A stretch of 54,474 bases of DNA, counting the filler, from Sphacelaria rigidula (lineage: Eukaryota), in the NCBI GenBank assembly GCA_964200075.2. It is 4 parts of 4 records of this genome, joined end to end, with 100 filler letters (N's around TTAATTAATTAA, not from the genome) between each part and the next. Parts side by side here need not be neighbours in the genome. Positions count along the whole stretch, not along the records: positions 13,646 to 27,188 come from CAXNAA020002817.1; positions 27,289 to 40,831 come from CAXNAA020002818.1; 2 more parts are not named here. The stretch is one strand, 5' to 3'. The notes under the pieces were generated by a model, which saw nothing but the letters and a program-made list of their open reading frames with translations, made no database searches and was not told the origin of the DNA. Made by a program: the position numbers and the translations under genes. How positions within the stretch are numbered: the first letter of the stretch is position 1; every line of letters begins with the position of its first letter. Shown here piece by piece: positions 23,501 to 35,884 of the stretch.

Positions 23501-26385
23501 TCAGCTCACAGTGCGAACCTCGCGCCACTCGATGCATCTCCATGTAGGCATGATGTATGTTCAGTAGCTATCGTCTTCTGCGGCTTGTGAACATCGATGT
23601 TGGGTCTTCAGACAGCGCGCGACAGGAGGAACGCCAAACCTACTGGAGATCCCATCATATTACCGTTATTTTTATACCAATCTCAGCTCACAGTGCGAAT
23701 CTCGCGCCACTCGATGCATCTCTGTGTAGGGAAGATGGTTTAATGAGCCTTGCCATATGTTTCGAGCAGCTCTCGTCTCATACGGCACGCAAATATCAAT
23801 GTTGCGTTCTTGGGCGACAGGACAAGCGCCGAACCTGCCGCAGTTCCGAAATTAACCACGACCCTGTTATGGTTATGTTTATACCGACGGGTCACCCCCT
23901 GATCGATCGGTTCCCGCTGATCTCAGCCCACAGTGCGAACCTCGCGCCACTTGATAAATATTTGCATAGGCAAGGTGCTTTCGTGAGCTGAATTGTGTCT
24001 TCGAAGCAGCAACTGTCTTCTGCTGCACGCGAAATTCAACTTTGCATTCTCATACGCAATGTGTCGTAGATGCTCAATTGAATACGAACCTGTCAGGGAT
24101 GGGGTGTTCCATCTTGCAATCCGCAATTCAAGCTTCGATTCTAGTTACTGTGGATCCTGAAGTTAATGCAACACCACCAAACGATCACCTGGCCGGCATC
24201 TACGGCTCTTGCAGCCGTTCAGGACGTTTCGAAATGCCAGATACTCACTAGACCTTCGGGTTGATTCAACATATCCTACGGCACAAAATCGCGAATGAGG
24301 AGTATTGTACCTGGACAACAGCATCCGAAGAAGCCACAACGGTTGCACAGCCATCACATGGCTTTTTCACCTTTGTTGGATCGACAGCAGTGTGTTCCCA
24401 CCGCAATTCTGTACAGACCGGAACACAGCAGCAGTGCGGCAGCTCAGGCACCGCCCACCGCAATTCAAACCGCCCTCCCAGGGTTCAAAAGCACCGCGTT
24501 ACAGCGACAAACTACAGCATAGAAATAATGGGTGTGGGCACAAAGCTACTTGCTCGTGTCACAAAAAAACGCAATAGCCAAAACACCATGACAACTTCAC
24601 CGGTGTATGGAGAGGACTGCGTGTCGGCTGCACTCTTCGTACCGATCGGAACATAACAGCACAGCAGTTCTAGCAGCCCTCAACGAATCAAACCGTCTTC
24701 GCGTGGTTCAAACGCACCACACTACAGTTTCAGCTACGACACAAGGATGATGGGCCTGGACACGAAGCGCCTCGTTCGTTGCGGAAGACACAACGTCCAA
24801 CAAACGCACTATGGCATTTTCGACTTTGACAAGATTGCACTGCGTACCGACCACAATTGTTTTGTACGGACGAAACTCGATAACAGTACAGCAGCTCAGG
24901 CAATCCCAGCGGAGACCAAACCGTGTTCGCAAGGTCTGAACACACCACAGTACAGTCACAGCTACAGCACGTGAGAGTGGGCGTGACTGTGTGTGTACTG
25001 CAGTTAAATTGAACATGATACGTCCCATAGTTGATGTTCCATAGTTGAGTTCTTCACTCGCTTTTGAACAGCTACTTGATTTTTGTCGGGATTCAGAATG
25101 GAGGTGTGTGAAAACTGGCGCGATTTTGGCTTTGCCCAACAGGTCCTACAAGAGTCGGTCTCATTTCTTTCCTTCAGCGAAAAAGCAAGAAAAACGACTG
25201 CAGCTTTGAACTGGCAACGCCGACGAAACTCGTCGGATTGATATTGCCGAATATGAGATAACACTGGAAACGTGCAGCAGACCAAGTGGTTCTAGCATGA
25301 GCTACGAGCGTTAACTGCACCGTGGCCTATACGGGGTACCTCCCAGCTCGTCACCGGGTGACACGAGCCCACCAACCTATTTCAATCCAGCACCATCTTT
25401 GGCCGTTTATTTGCGTCTTCGCTCGCTTCTTTGATCTTCTTCGACACGACGTCAGAGAAAATGATCGCGCGACCTTGGTTGGACAACAAACGTTCGGCAA
25501 AGGAGTGATCCAAACGGTGGAACCCTTGTCCAGCGGCGGGGGGGTGGCCGTCACGGTAGCACGGTGAGCGTATTTCTACTCCAGACGATCTACTGGGATA
25601 TTCAAGAGTTTTTTTTTTGTTCGCGTGCTCAGTTTATTGATTTTGGATCATGCCAAACGAAGCCATGTCAAGTCTCCTTTAGTTTTGGGATCTTCACCAA
25701 TTCCGGGATCTCGACCGTAAGATGACAGGCTTATCCAGCAGTGTTGGCCATCTAAGGCGTAAAGACCAGATCCGGATCACTATACAGGCCTATACCTAGT
25801 TTTCACTCCGCCAGGTTCCCTGGGAGAGGGAGGGCGCTTTCATGCCACGCGCCGCTACGCATTCGTCCCCAAACCGGCGCCGGTTGAGCAAAAACAACGG
25901 ACACCTGGCCTAGCAAACTATATTACACCCCCGTCGCTCGAGGGCCCACGGTCTACATTCGTCGGCGTTAAGGTAAACGTTATGGTACATTTGGGTCAGC
26001 CTCATGAAGATCCGGATCTGTCGAGTTACGCTCGAGATGGTTAGCAGCCCTCGGTTCGTTCGCCAGTCGCTCATGGCTGACATTCGAATGAAATTGCAGT
26101 GCTAGTATAAGGTTCGTTCCCTCCATCAGGCTGGACAGTGTTGGGAGCAGCGGCGTATTTTCAGGAAACGTGGCCCTACGTGAGACAACGAATAAGAAGA
26201 TAATGACAATGTTGGAATTTCCGATGATCTCTTCGTGTCTGACAATGTCGTTCATACTTGGGATCTATTGCGATGTGACCAGGTACGAGACACCGCTGCA
26301 TCACAACATCAACAAGGTCGGCATTCCGGTGGACAAGGAAATAGACTGCCCTGTAGGGAAGGACGCCGCAACATGCGACATTTAG
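15433..26385 (+). CDS. ctpA: Carboxyl-terminal processing protease CtpA (peptidase S41A with PDZ domain), plastid/thylakoid-lumen targeted, 516 aa. Exons 15433-15900, 19028-19105, 19946-20065, 20673-20789, 21698-21937, 22517-22687, 23141-23286, 25456-25563, 26283-26385
   Basis: All nine exons join in phase with GT-AG introns (1551 nt including TAG). Motifs: YVDRSFGGQDW, MLAALGDRYTRYL, PDZ-like GVGVSL...TPAEEAGLQAGD, VVDLRGNVGG, catalytic Ser motif LVDKGTASAAEVFA, catalytic Lys motif GQQTFGKGVIQ, and TVARYETP...INKVGIPVD. Confidence 0.92.
16706..18774 (-). mobile_element. 5'-truncated, decayed LINE (RT plus C-terminal Cys/His region), antisense in ctpA intron 1
   Basis: Frameshifted RT segments are present (WREGVVVNIFKK..NYRG.TLLS..GK; QAGFRPNR; DVQKAHDTV), plus C-terminal NYLCGKGLESKSHTVAEYELYKEE. 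The 3' end reads ..GCAACAAATGAGTACGCCCCCCC. Confidence 0.88.
17521..17599 (+). mobile_element. Short family C (CAA)n-tailed insertion nested in the LINE
   Basis: It interrupts the LINE reading frame and matches 13646-13720. Confidence 0.7.
21408..21550 (-). repeat. 3' end of (TCAA)n-tailed repeat family D
   Basis: (TTGA)n followed by TATC.CACATTAGCTGATTGCAACAATCCAGCCC.TGG.CAGGA..AGC..GACAGAAGCAAC, shared with 49297-49437. Confidence 0.72.
23463..24050 (+). repeat. Degenerate tandem array of three ~180-240 bp units in ctpA intron 7
   Basis: The core ATCTCAGC(T/C)CACAGTGCGAA(C/T)CTCGCGCCACT(C/T)GAT starts at 23498, 23680 and 23920. Confidence 0.8.
24420..24970 (+). repeat. Second degenerate tandem array (~235-bp period, 3 units)
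   Basis: A recurring CAGCAG(C/T)TC...CAAACCG...GG(T)TC(A/T)(A/G)AA..CACC.C..TACAG pattern near 24435, 24662 and 24890. Confidence 0.5.
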
Positions 26386-27188
26386 AGGACGAATTAGTTT
26401 AATTGGAGCTACATTGACGCACATGTCTAGACGAGTCGGACGATCTACACGGAACACTGCAACAGCAGTGATTGCAGTTGTGATATGTAGAATATGCAGA
26501 TGGTACTAGAGTGTGGCGCATGCATGGGAGATATTATCTTCTGGGGCGCGTAGACTGGCGGATATTAGGGGCCGTGCGGCGTACAGTTACTGTTCGGACA
26601 CACCACGACGAGGTGTGGCTTGGGATCAGAGCTCTGCGGTACCGCAGCCCATCTCTCGCGAGTCAAACAGTCCAATTCACGGTGAAGTTCGCATCGTCCT
26701 GACTGACTTTGGCGCCTACTCTCGATAGATCTACTGGCTTTTTCGTTGCTTCTGTTGGGGTATAATGTCTCGGCGAATACCTCTCGCGGGTCGATTCGGC
26801 AACTTTGCGATGATCATGAGGGAGCGCATACTGCTGCTATAGCTTTTCACCCACGCAAGGCTACTTGTTTGCTCGTCACTGGTAGTGCTTGTAGTCATGG
26901 TCTCATCTGAGGATCTCCTCGCCAGGTTGAGTGTTCAGCATTTGATTGTGGACTTTTAACGGGAATTTGTTTTTTTTGTGTTCCATTCATGGATAGAACA
27001 CTAGTATGTCTGGATTTGATAAAAATGATGTCAACTGACTAATGCCGAGATAGCCCCCCCACGGATAGTGCACCGGCACCATCCAACGAACCGGCTGCGA
27101 TCCCACTATTGGGCTCGTTTGCAGCAATTTCGCCCACATGAGAGGCATGTAGTAGTCCGGAATCAGCTATAACGCCCAAATCAATCGC

Positions 27189-27288
27189 NNNNNNNNNNNN
27201 NNNNNNNNNNNNNNNNNNNNNNNNNNNNNNNNTTAATTAATTAANNNNNNNNNNNNNNNNNNNNNNNNNNNNNNNNNNNNNNNNNNNN
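27189..27288. other. Artificial 100-nt contig linker
   Basis: Same N/TTAATTAATTAA/N structure as at 13546. Confidence 0.97.
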
Positions 27289-30200
27289 ATTTTCTTAGCT
27301 GCTGCCATCTGTACTGTCTCCAACTCCTCCACCAACTTCACGTTCCCCTCCCATACTTCTCTTGCATATTCCAGCTTTGGTACAGTCACGTTCATCAGGA
27401 TACATCTCTTAGTTTCTGAGGATCGCGTCTATCCTGCCTATCCGTGCCTTACCCTTCTCTCTTATAATGTATGCATCCCGAGAGCACTTTTTTCAAATCT
27501 CTACGCCAAGGTATGTATACTGGTCTACGATCGGTAGTTTTTCTTCTCCCCCCTTCCACTTTAACTCTACCGGATTTTTCCTATCTTCGTGACAAACGGG
27601 TAACGCGCATTTGTTGACGTTCGCTGTCACTCTCCATTCTCTGGTGTATTCTTTCGCCTTGTCTGTTTGTGTCTTCAATCCTTCTGCTGTTCCTGAAATC
27701 CCCATAACATCATCTGCGAACATCAAACCCGATACCATATCTTCACCCACCTCGATCCTGCGCTTTGCTGCTTCTGTTGCTAATATCAGGTCTGCTGTAA
27801 AGCAATACCTTGAATAAATTGGGTGATAATATACATCCTTGTGCAATTCCTTGTAAGATATCGAAATGTTTCGATATTTCCCCGTCTAGCACCATGGCAC
27901 TTTTGGCACATTCTGTAAACGTTTTTTATCATTCTCCACATCTTTCCTCTCGTCCCAGCTTCTCACAACTCTTTTCACATCTCATTTCTCCATACTGTGC
28001 CATGAGCCTTTTGCACGTCCAGAAACAAACAGTATATATATTGTCAGCCCGGTGCCTTTCCTACCCTGAATAATCTTACCTAGTGTGTACACATGGTCTA
28101 CGCAACTACGATTTGGTCTAAAACCTGCTTGTGCCTCGCTGATTCTGTTTTCCTTTTCTACCACCGCTCCTACTCCACCGTTCATAAACTTACACAACGT
28201 TTTCCCTACCGTGCTCAGTAACGTTATCCTATATAACTTCCTTCGTCAGCCTTGGGTCCTTTTTTGAAAAGGTTGACGACTACTCCTTTTCTCCACCTCT
28301 TGGGTGTGTACTCGTTGCCCCAGATCTAGTTATACAGCGAAACCATAATGGTAATCATTCCCTCTCGCTCCTACTTCAGAAATGCATTCACTATTCCGTC
28401 TGCCCCTGCTGGCTTTCTGTTCTTGAATTTTGCTGGCACTCCTCTACTTCATCTCCGGTAAACTCTCTCTGCAATTCTTTCGAGCTTCTATCCTCCCGTG
28501 TTGACGTCCCGACATTTGCCCCTGCTCGCGCGTTGATTTCTTATTCGAATTCTATGTCGAACTGCGTGTTATTTTTAGTGTTCCTAGTTTACCGTAGTAC
28601 TCGACTAGCACTTCTTTCCTCCCCTTCGAACTACTGACCATTTTACCGTTCTGTGCCCGGAGTGTGGCTATCCCCTTGTCCATCGTTCACAACTTTTTTC
28701 ACGGTATCCCCTTTATCCCTACCCACATTGCTTCATCCCGCCATCGAAATCTCCACTTGTTTTTTCTCATTACATCTTCCTATACTCCCTTCTCTTGCTG
28801 CTGTACTCTCTGTTTTACTTCCATGTCAGCTATAGTATACTCATCCCATCCTGCCGTACTTGTAGTTTTACTCGATATGCATCTCGCATTGGCCTCTTTT
28901 CTTACTCTTAGCCTTTTTCATTTCCTCATCCCACCATTTTACTGCTCTGTTGCATACGATTAGTTTGTCCCGATGATTTTACTCGCTGTGTTCTTGATCA
29001 AGTGCTCCCATCTTTCTACAATCTTCGCTCCTGCCTGTTTTCTTTCCATTTCGGTATCAAGTGTACCTACGCGCTCCAACAGTTCGGAACGTTACACTGC
29101 ATTCTTGGCCATCTCTTCTTCTAACTTTTGCCGTTTTTCTTTCACATCTAGTTTATCGACTCTCCATTTGAATAACTTCCTACCCCGCCTATTTGTTTTA
29201 GCTCTCGTCTGCTGGCTTTCTGCCCATACTGGACAATGGTCTGTGGTTCCCACGTCCTCCTCGCATACATGTACTTCCGTTTCTTCACTGTTTGCATGCT
29301 CCACCACTGTTTAGTCAAGAACGGAGCGTTTTCTCTTTTTTCCTATGCATTTCCTCGTCCACGTCCATTGCGCCTCTGGCTTTTGTGCTCTATCGTTCAG
29401 CGTCTTCATCTCGTTATGCTCAAGGGATTTCACCATTTCTACCCCATTCGTGTTCTCCTTATCTTCCCAGTCTTGCGCAATGATATCATCAGGCTGACGT
29501 GCTCTTCCTACCCTTGCATTGATATCTCCCACTGACATTACTTCTCCTTGCCTTTTAAACTTATGTACAGCTGCTGCTATTCCTCCAAACCGCCGTTGTA
29601 TATCGTCCACCTTACTCTTCGATTCTGGGCGCATGTAGATGTTCCCTACGAAGAATTCCTTCGTTCCCCGCTCTCCTGGTACCTCTATCCATATGTTCTC
29701 ACGGAATTTCGTGCCGTCGATCACGTCTATACTGTCACACAGGTATTTCTTCACTAACGAATCCTATTCCCCCCGCTCCCCTGCTGTTGGGTTTGTGTCC
29801 CTTCCACGTTCTCCCTTTCCATGCATACTCTTCAACTTCGCATCCTATTTCCGCCCCCTCTTTCTCCCATGATTCTTGAATTCCTAATGTATCTCGTGTA
29901 TAGGTCGTGTTTACATATTTCTTGCGCTATCTCCATTCTTTTGTGCTTGTCTGTGACGAACCCACACACGTTCCACGATTCTAGTCTCAACTTCCTTTCC
30001 GACTCATTATCTGCTCTCCTCGTGTCTACTGTTCTCTCTCCGTCGCTTTTACTTAAACGTTTCTATGCATGAATTTTGTTCCCGTTTCTCTGTTGGTCTT
30101 TGTCTTTTTGTTTCGGGGTGCTATGTCACCTCCCCTTCCCCTTCCGCGCACTTACCTGTTCCTGCCTCTCTTCCGCTCCGTTCACCCGTGGACTACACCC

Positions 30201-31250
30201 TAGGTTTGTTGTTCCATTAGCTATGCATATTCTCCATCGTACTCTTCGAACCCATGCCGACACCTTTCTTGTCTCCATATCATTTCCCACTCCTTGCTCG
30301 CGCTCTGTTTTAGCGTGACTCTGAAGTGTTCTCCGTCCCTTTGTACTCTTCCTGTTGCCAGTGTAGTCCAACTTCATCGCATTTCTTCTTAAACTCTACT
30401 CTTGTCATATCGCTACGAACTCCGAATACCAGCACTACTAAAACTTCAACCGTCCACTCTTTACTTCTCCATCCACCCTTCCTTACCGTCTCTCTCTCGA
30501 TCTCTTTCGAGAGAATCTCCATCTTGATCGTTTCGAGTGTATTGGTGGGATGTAGTCAACATACTGGAAAATCCTAATCCTAGTTCTTGTCGGGGGTCTG
30601 GTGACTTTTACGGTTTTTGCTGACTCACCGACACAGAATGATGCTTCCAAAACGGGCTCGTAGCCTGAAGCCAAGTTCAACACCTTTAACAGAAGTACCC
30701 CACGTTTGTGTTAGGCGATCTTCGTGGTAAACCATTCAGGCGTCCCACGATCGTATCTTCTATTTTCTTGCCCCTTTGCTGTACTCGTTACTTTTCTCGA
30801 GGGAGGTAAATTTTACCATGTAAGGTTCAAGGACGGCTTGCATAACACAAGGTGTTACTCACACCGGGATGTCCCGGACATTAATTTTCCCACTCCGTAT
30901 ACGGTTTACCATGGGTCGCTACTCCGCTAATGCTTCCGAGTAAACTTCCGCTGCCGAAAGTTTGGCCAACGATTCCCCCACACTTTTTACCAGCTTCTCT
31001 ATCCTTTAAGATATTCAAAAGTCGACGTATCACTTCGTGCTCCTTCTCGTAGGTTATGTGGTCGGTCATAGGTAAGGTGTTTTTTTCATGAATGCAATAG
31101 GTCTTGACGTTTATGTCATGCATTATCGACCCCTTCTCTTCATCAGGCGCCTTGTACACCTAATGCCGGAAATTCCAGGAAAATAGCTGCTCAGATGTCC
31201 ACCGCCTACTGGAAATCGGTAAGGTTTTACGGGTATCTCACCACGAGACC
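27289..31250 (-). mobile_element. Long decayed LINE of the same family: ORF1-like region (~31250-30060), APE endonuclease (~29990-29230) and RT (~28450-27289); 3' end cut by the contig start
   Basis: Endonuclease motifs LESWNVCG, FFVGNIYM, VGDINARVG and TDHCPVW. RT motifs QAGFRPNRSCVDHV, SGLMFADD and YTYLGVEI. Many stops and frameshifts. DNA is homologous to 17700-18770. Confidence 0.88.
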
Positions 31251-31481
31251 CCAACCTCAATATGAATTTAACATGGAGGGGATGATCGCCCTACCCTATC
31301 CGTACTTGTTGTGTATTTTGTATTCTTGATTGGCATGTCAGGCGGTCAACCTTCACGGCATTAATTACTTGTCTAGATTTTGGTTTCATTCTTGTCTTAC
31401 CCTGTTAGGATATGGGGGGAAGAATTTTGGTTATTTTTCTTCTTGATGTGGGAAAGTATATATATTTTTTATCTCGCTAAA

Positions 31482-31772
31482 TTACGTCTATATCCGGGCT
31501 GTGTTATGCTAGGTTAAAGAGGAAGGGGGGTTAGCCATCTTCATTTCGTGTCTATATCCAGGCTGTATCATGGCGGTACGTTCAAGAAAAAGGATAGTTT
31601 GCTTTTCTACTTTATGAACATGTCCAGTCTGTGTTATGGTAGGTGAACGAAAATGGACGGCTCGCTTCTCTATTTCATGTCCATGACCGGGCTGTGTTAA
31701 TGTACGTGAAAGGAAAAGGATGGTTCGCTTCTCTACAGTATTCCATGTCTATGTCCGGGCTGTACCATGGTG
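31482..31772. repeat. Tandem array of ~65-bp units (about 4.5 copies)
   Basis: The unit is approximately TTCATGTCTATGTCCGGGCTGTGTTATGGTACGTGAAAGGAAAAGGATGGTTCGCTTCTCTA. Confidence 0.75.
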
Positions 31773-32109
31773 GCGAAAAAAACAAAAAGTAGAGGAAGAG
31801 GAAAGGGGGGAGGAAAGACGAAACTGAAGAGGGGAAGAGCAGAATAAGGAAAACGAAGGAGTTAAAAAAAATCCAACTTTGGTATATCATGCCTATACCC
31901 ATCTTATGTGTTTCTGGGGGAAACGAAATTAGTTGTTCAGGTTTCTCATGTCTATTTTGTTTGTCGGTCAGGGACTTTCGTCTGTCAAGTGGCGGTTTGT
32001 GATACAGGTACGATGACAGTCTGTACATTTCATGTCTGGGTTCTGGTGACTTGTTTCACAGCGCCGTTGCCACTCGACAACAACCTGAAAGTCTAGAGTT
32101 AGGGGACAA

Positions 32110-33125
32110 GGGGGGGGCGTACTCAGTTTTTGCTTGCCTTAGTCGTTTGACCATTGACCACGCATCCCTTTCGAGACAGAGTATCTCTCCTACTCCGAAT
32201 AGAGACACCTTCAACATCCCAGCGCTCATCACGTTTCCTGCATACATTACACAAAACCCGTGTACATATCTTGTCCCCGCCTTGTTTCGCCGTCTGTGGT
32301 CACCATCTATCTCCTAGTATAGCCATTGTTTTCTCGCTACTGTCTAATGCATCAAACGATTTCATGCCACCTTCGTTCACATCCCGCATTTCCTCTTATG
32401 CCATCTGTACTGTGCACGTCCCCCTCCCGTACTTATCCTGCACATTCCAGCTTTGGTACAGTCACGTTCATCAGGATGCATTTCTTAATCCTAGTGTCTC
32501 GGTGCGAGTTTCTGAGGATCGCGTCCATCCTGCCCATCGGTGCCTTACCCTTTTCTATTACTTTGTTTATGTGTTCATCCCAAGAGCAGTGTTTTGATAT
32601 CCCTACGCCAAGGTATGTATACTGGTCTACGATCGGCAGTTCCTCTTTTCCCCACTTCCACTTGAGCTTTACCGGAAATTTCTAGTCTTCGTTACACACG
32701 AGTACCGCGCATTCGTTCACGTTCGCTGTCACTCTCCATTTCCTACTGTATTCCATCGCCTTGTCTATTTGTTTCTGCAATCCTTCTGCTGTTCCTGAAA
32801 TTCGCACGAAATCATTAGCGAACATCAAACCTGATATTACATCTTCACCCACCATGACTCCTTGACATGCCGCTTCTATTGCTAATATCAAATGGTTCAT
32901 GAATACTTTGAATAACATGGGTGATAAAGTACATCCTTGTGCAACTCCTTGTGAGATATCAAAATATTTCGATATTTCCCCGTCTAGCATCATGGCACCT
33001 TTGGCTCATTCTGCAGTCTTTTTTACCATTCTTCATATCTTTTTTCTGATTTCAGCTTCCCGCAGCTTTTTCGACAGCCCACTTCTCCAGACTGTTCGAT
33101 AAGCCTTTTGCACGTCCAGAAAGAA
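32110..33125 (-). mobile_element. Internally deleted, 5'-truncated LINE copy (same family)
   Basis: RT motifs QGVAQGCTLSPMLFKVFM..GLMFAND. A deletion junction lies near 32395. The 3' end reads ..TGAGTACGCCCCCCCC. Confidence 0.85.
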
Positions 33126-33164
33126 AGAGTACCTTGTCGGGTACAAAGGGGGGGTTTACCACTA

Positions 33165-33460
33165 CACGGGTGGCCACTGGGGTCTGTAACCTGGCCTTTT
33201 CGGGACCTTATCCACATTTGGTAAGGTCCGCGGATTAGGTGGACAACTGAAGAGCATTCGCACAGCATGGACAGGTTCGAAACAAAGCATATTCCAGTCT
33301 ACAGGGGAGTCACCCGCCTATAGACTGGGACATGTTTTGTTTCGATCCTGTTCATGCTGTGCGAATGCTCTTCAGTTGTCTACGCAATCCGCGGACCTTA
33401 CCAAAAAAGGTGGATAAGGTTCCAAAATGGCCAGGTTACAGACCCCAGTGGCCACCCGTG
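33165..33460. mobile_element. Foldback MITE, ~140-bp inverted arms, TA target duplication (Tc1/mariner-type)
   Basis: TA|CACGGGTGGCCACTGGGGTCTGTAACCTGGCC ... GGCCAGGTTACAGACCCCAGTGGCCACCCGTG|TA. The arms pair almost to the centre (~33305-33315). Confidence 0.88.
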
Positions 33461-35884
33461 TATCTGTTGACTTAACCAACTTAGTGCTGGCTTTGCTGCA
33501 GATACGCAGCGTACGTGTTGCACTTGAAAGAAAACGATACAGGTCGTATAACGTTGGTTGGTTCCGCGTATTCTACTCTTCGGTCATTGAGGGTTGTCTG
33601 CTTAGGTCTTTTGAAAATCAAGGAAAGCCCATTTGGTGGATTGGCTGCTCCCAGGTCAAAGTTTTCACCCGTTAAACGTCCAGGGTGTTCACCCGTTGAA
33701 TCGGCACCATGTTCACGTACAAATGACGGCCGAAAACATACATTACCTTTCCGTCTGCGACGCCGAGGACATACCACAGTCTTTCCACTACCTTCCGTCA
33801 TAGCGTTACCGCCATCTGGGATGTGAATATCCCAGATGAGTAACCATCTGGAATATCACATTCCCATCTAGGATATAAACGTTCATCTGGAACTTGCATC
33901 TGGTATACAGGTTGTTGAGAATCAGATGATGCAATCTATTTTCATTGCGTTTGAATGAAGATACCTCTAGAAGATAAGCGGCACAACTTATGACGGTTCA
34001 TCACCAACGATGTATCTTTTTCACGGAGTACCTCTCTTTGTGTAAAACCACAGTCTATTTGTTTGAGTAACGAACGTTTCAAATAGGATATTGCTAGAGT
34101 AGGTATGTTGCCATGATTTGGCACAGAAAGATACTCTAGCACAGTATCTAGGCCTCGTGAGCTGAAGGAGATCTTGTATGTGAGATTGCAGTTGATCTAA
34201 GCTATGGGCTGACAAGGCTATCGCATCAGCAGCAGTGTGGAGTTGAACCAGGTGATCCAGCTTCGTCGAACGTGCGCATGCAGAATTGATTTTGTTTCAG
34301 GAAGTGATGAGTGTTGAGGCATGATCTCGATCGCCACCGTTCTTACTCTCACAAGCATGCCGAGCTTTTCTTCTAGTTCTCTGCGTGCAAACAAGGCCGT
34401 TTGATTTTTATTTCGGCCAAAAGCGCCACAGAAACCCTTCCGATATTTCGTCTTCTTCGCTGCACATCGCGAGGTAGCCTAACGGCTACTTTGCAAGCCT
34501 CTGCTATTCTATCTAGTGAGACAGTGATACACGAGCCAATATTCACAACATATACGTATCCATCTGAGATATGCCACCGGGAATATCCATCTGGGATGTA
34601 GATTTCCATCTTGGATATGGACATCCATCTGGATATGGCCCTCCAAGACAGATGCTCCAGATAGATATGCATATCCCAGCTGGACGTCTACATCTCAGAA
34701 GGGTGTCAAAGATGGAGATACCAGATGGACTGAAAACGAGATCGAGGCTTCACGACAACGTGGGCCCCTGAACACACAACAAGCACTGATGAACAATACA
34801 AACTGAATAATCGCGGAAACATTATGGTTTTTACAAATCTGAACAAACCTGTCTTGCTACTTCATGCACAGGTGCTTCTGTAAATCTATGGCCGCAGGTG
34901 CTTCGATCCTCCGAGTGCAAATGATCGTTGGGAAATTTACACTTCTGTGCGCAAGTCATTGCGACTGTCGTCTAACACATATAATCATGCTCGAAATGCT
35001 CCATGCAGACGAACATGTCGACGAAAACGCAGCGTCCGGTCGAGCGGCTGGCGCCGCATATTTCGAAGCTCTCAGCAACCATCGGGAGATCCATGAGTGA
35101 AACACTACAGACGAAGGCTAGGGACGATGCTGCCACTGTGTATCGCAAGCTTCCTGTCCATCAGGTGAGCTATTACAATAACCCCACCACCGCGATCCCG
35201 GAAGAAATCAGGCCCCACCTTTATACGGTGCGCTACGCGTACGAATGCTGTCGCTAGGAGCTTTCTCGACGTATCTTTATTTTCCGAACTGATGTCCATT
35301 GCTCGTCAATGACGACATGTGAGGAGAGGATGATTTCTTTCATCTGGCACATGGATCGGTTTCACGAGCTGCTCAAGAGGTGCCTGGTCAAGTAGCGTCG
35401 TCAGCAGCAACAGAAAAGAGAAGGTCTGTCGGACGTCTGGTGAAATATTTTGGCTACAATATTCGAGGATCAATTTGTTTTGGGCATGAACTCTCATCCA
35501 CGAAGCTCTGCAAGAGCGAGACACGAAGGAATGATTGCGCTTGATAATCTGACTTTACCTCAATACGATTACCTCATCTGTGTGGTGCATACTGCACGAC
35601 TCGTTGTTGGCCTGCAGACCCTAGATAACGCTATGCTCAATTCTCCACGTGCTGCTTTTCGTTGTTGTGGTTCAAAGTTAAGCAACATTACCCCTCGAGC
35701 GGGTTGATATATGAAGCTCACACTCGGCCCTTGGTAGCAAGTGTCACACGACGGGGACAATAGAGGGAGCATGATACTATGCAGAAAGACGCAAGAAGCA
35801 CATCCAGCATTGAGCTATCTACTCGTGCAGCTCTCAAAACGTTGAAAACTCGATTGCTAAACTTTGAATCTCCCCCGGCGATTC

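Noticed and set aside
23498..23960. CRISPR-like repeat-spacer appearance
   Set aside because: It lies in a eukaryotic intron, the spacers are 150-200 bp and homologous to each other, and there are no cas genes.
6990..26385. Gene cluster of GLOD4, the unknown protein and ctpA
   Set aside because: ctpA lies on a different contig across an artificial linker.
33247..33285. CTGAAGA...GAAAC hammerhead-like core
   Set aside because: Stem II cannot form beyond one pair, and the sequence is explained as a foldback arm.
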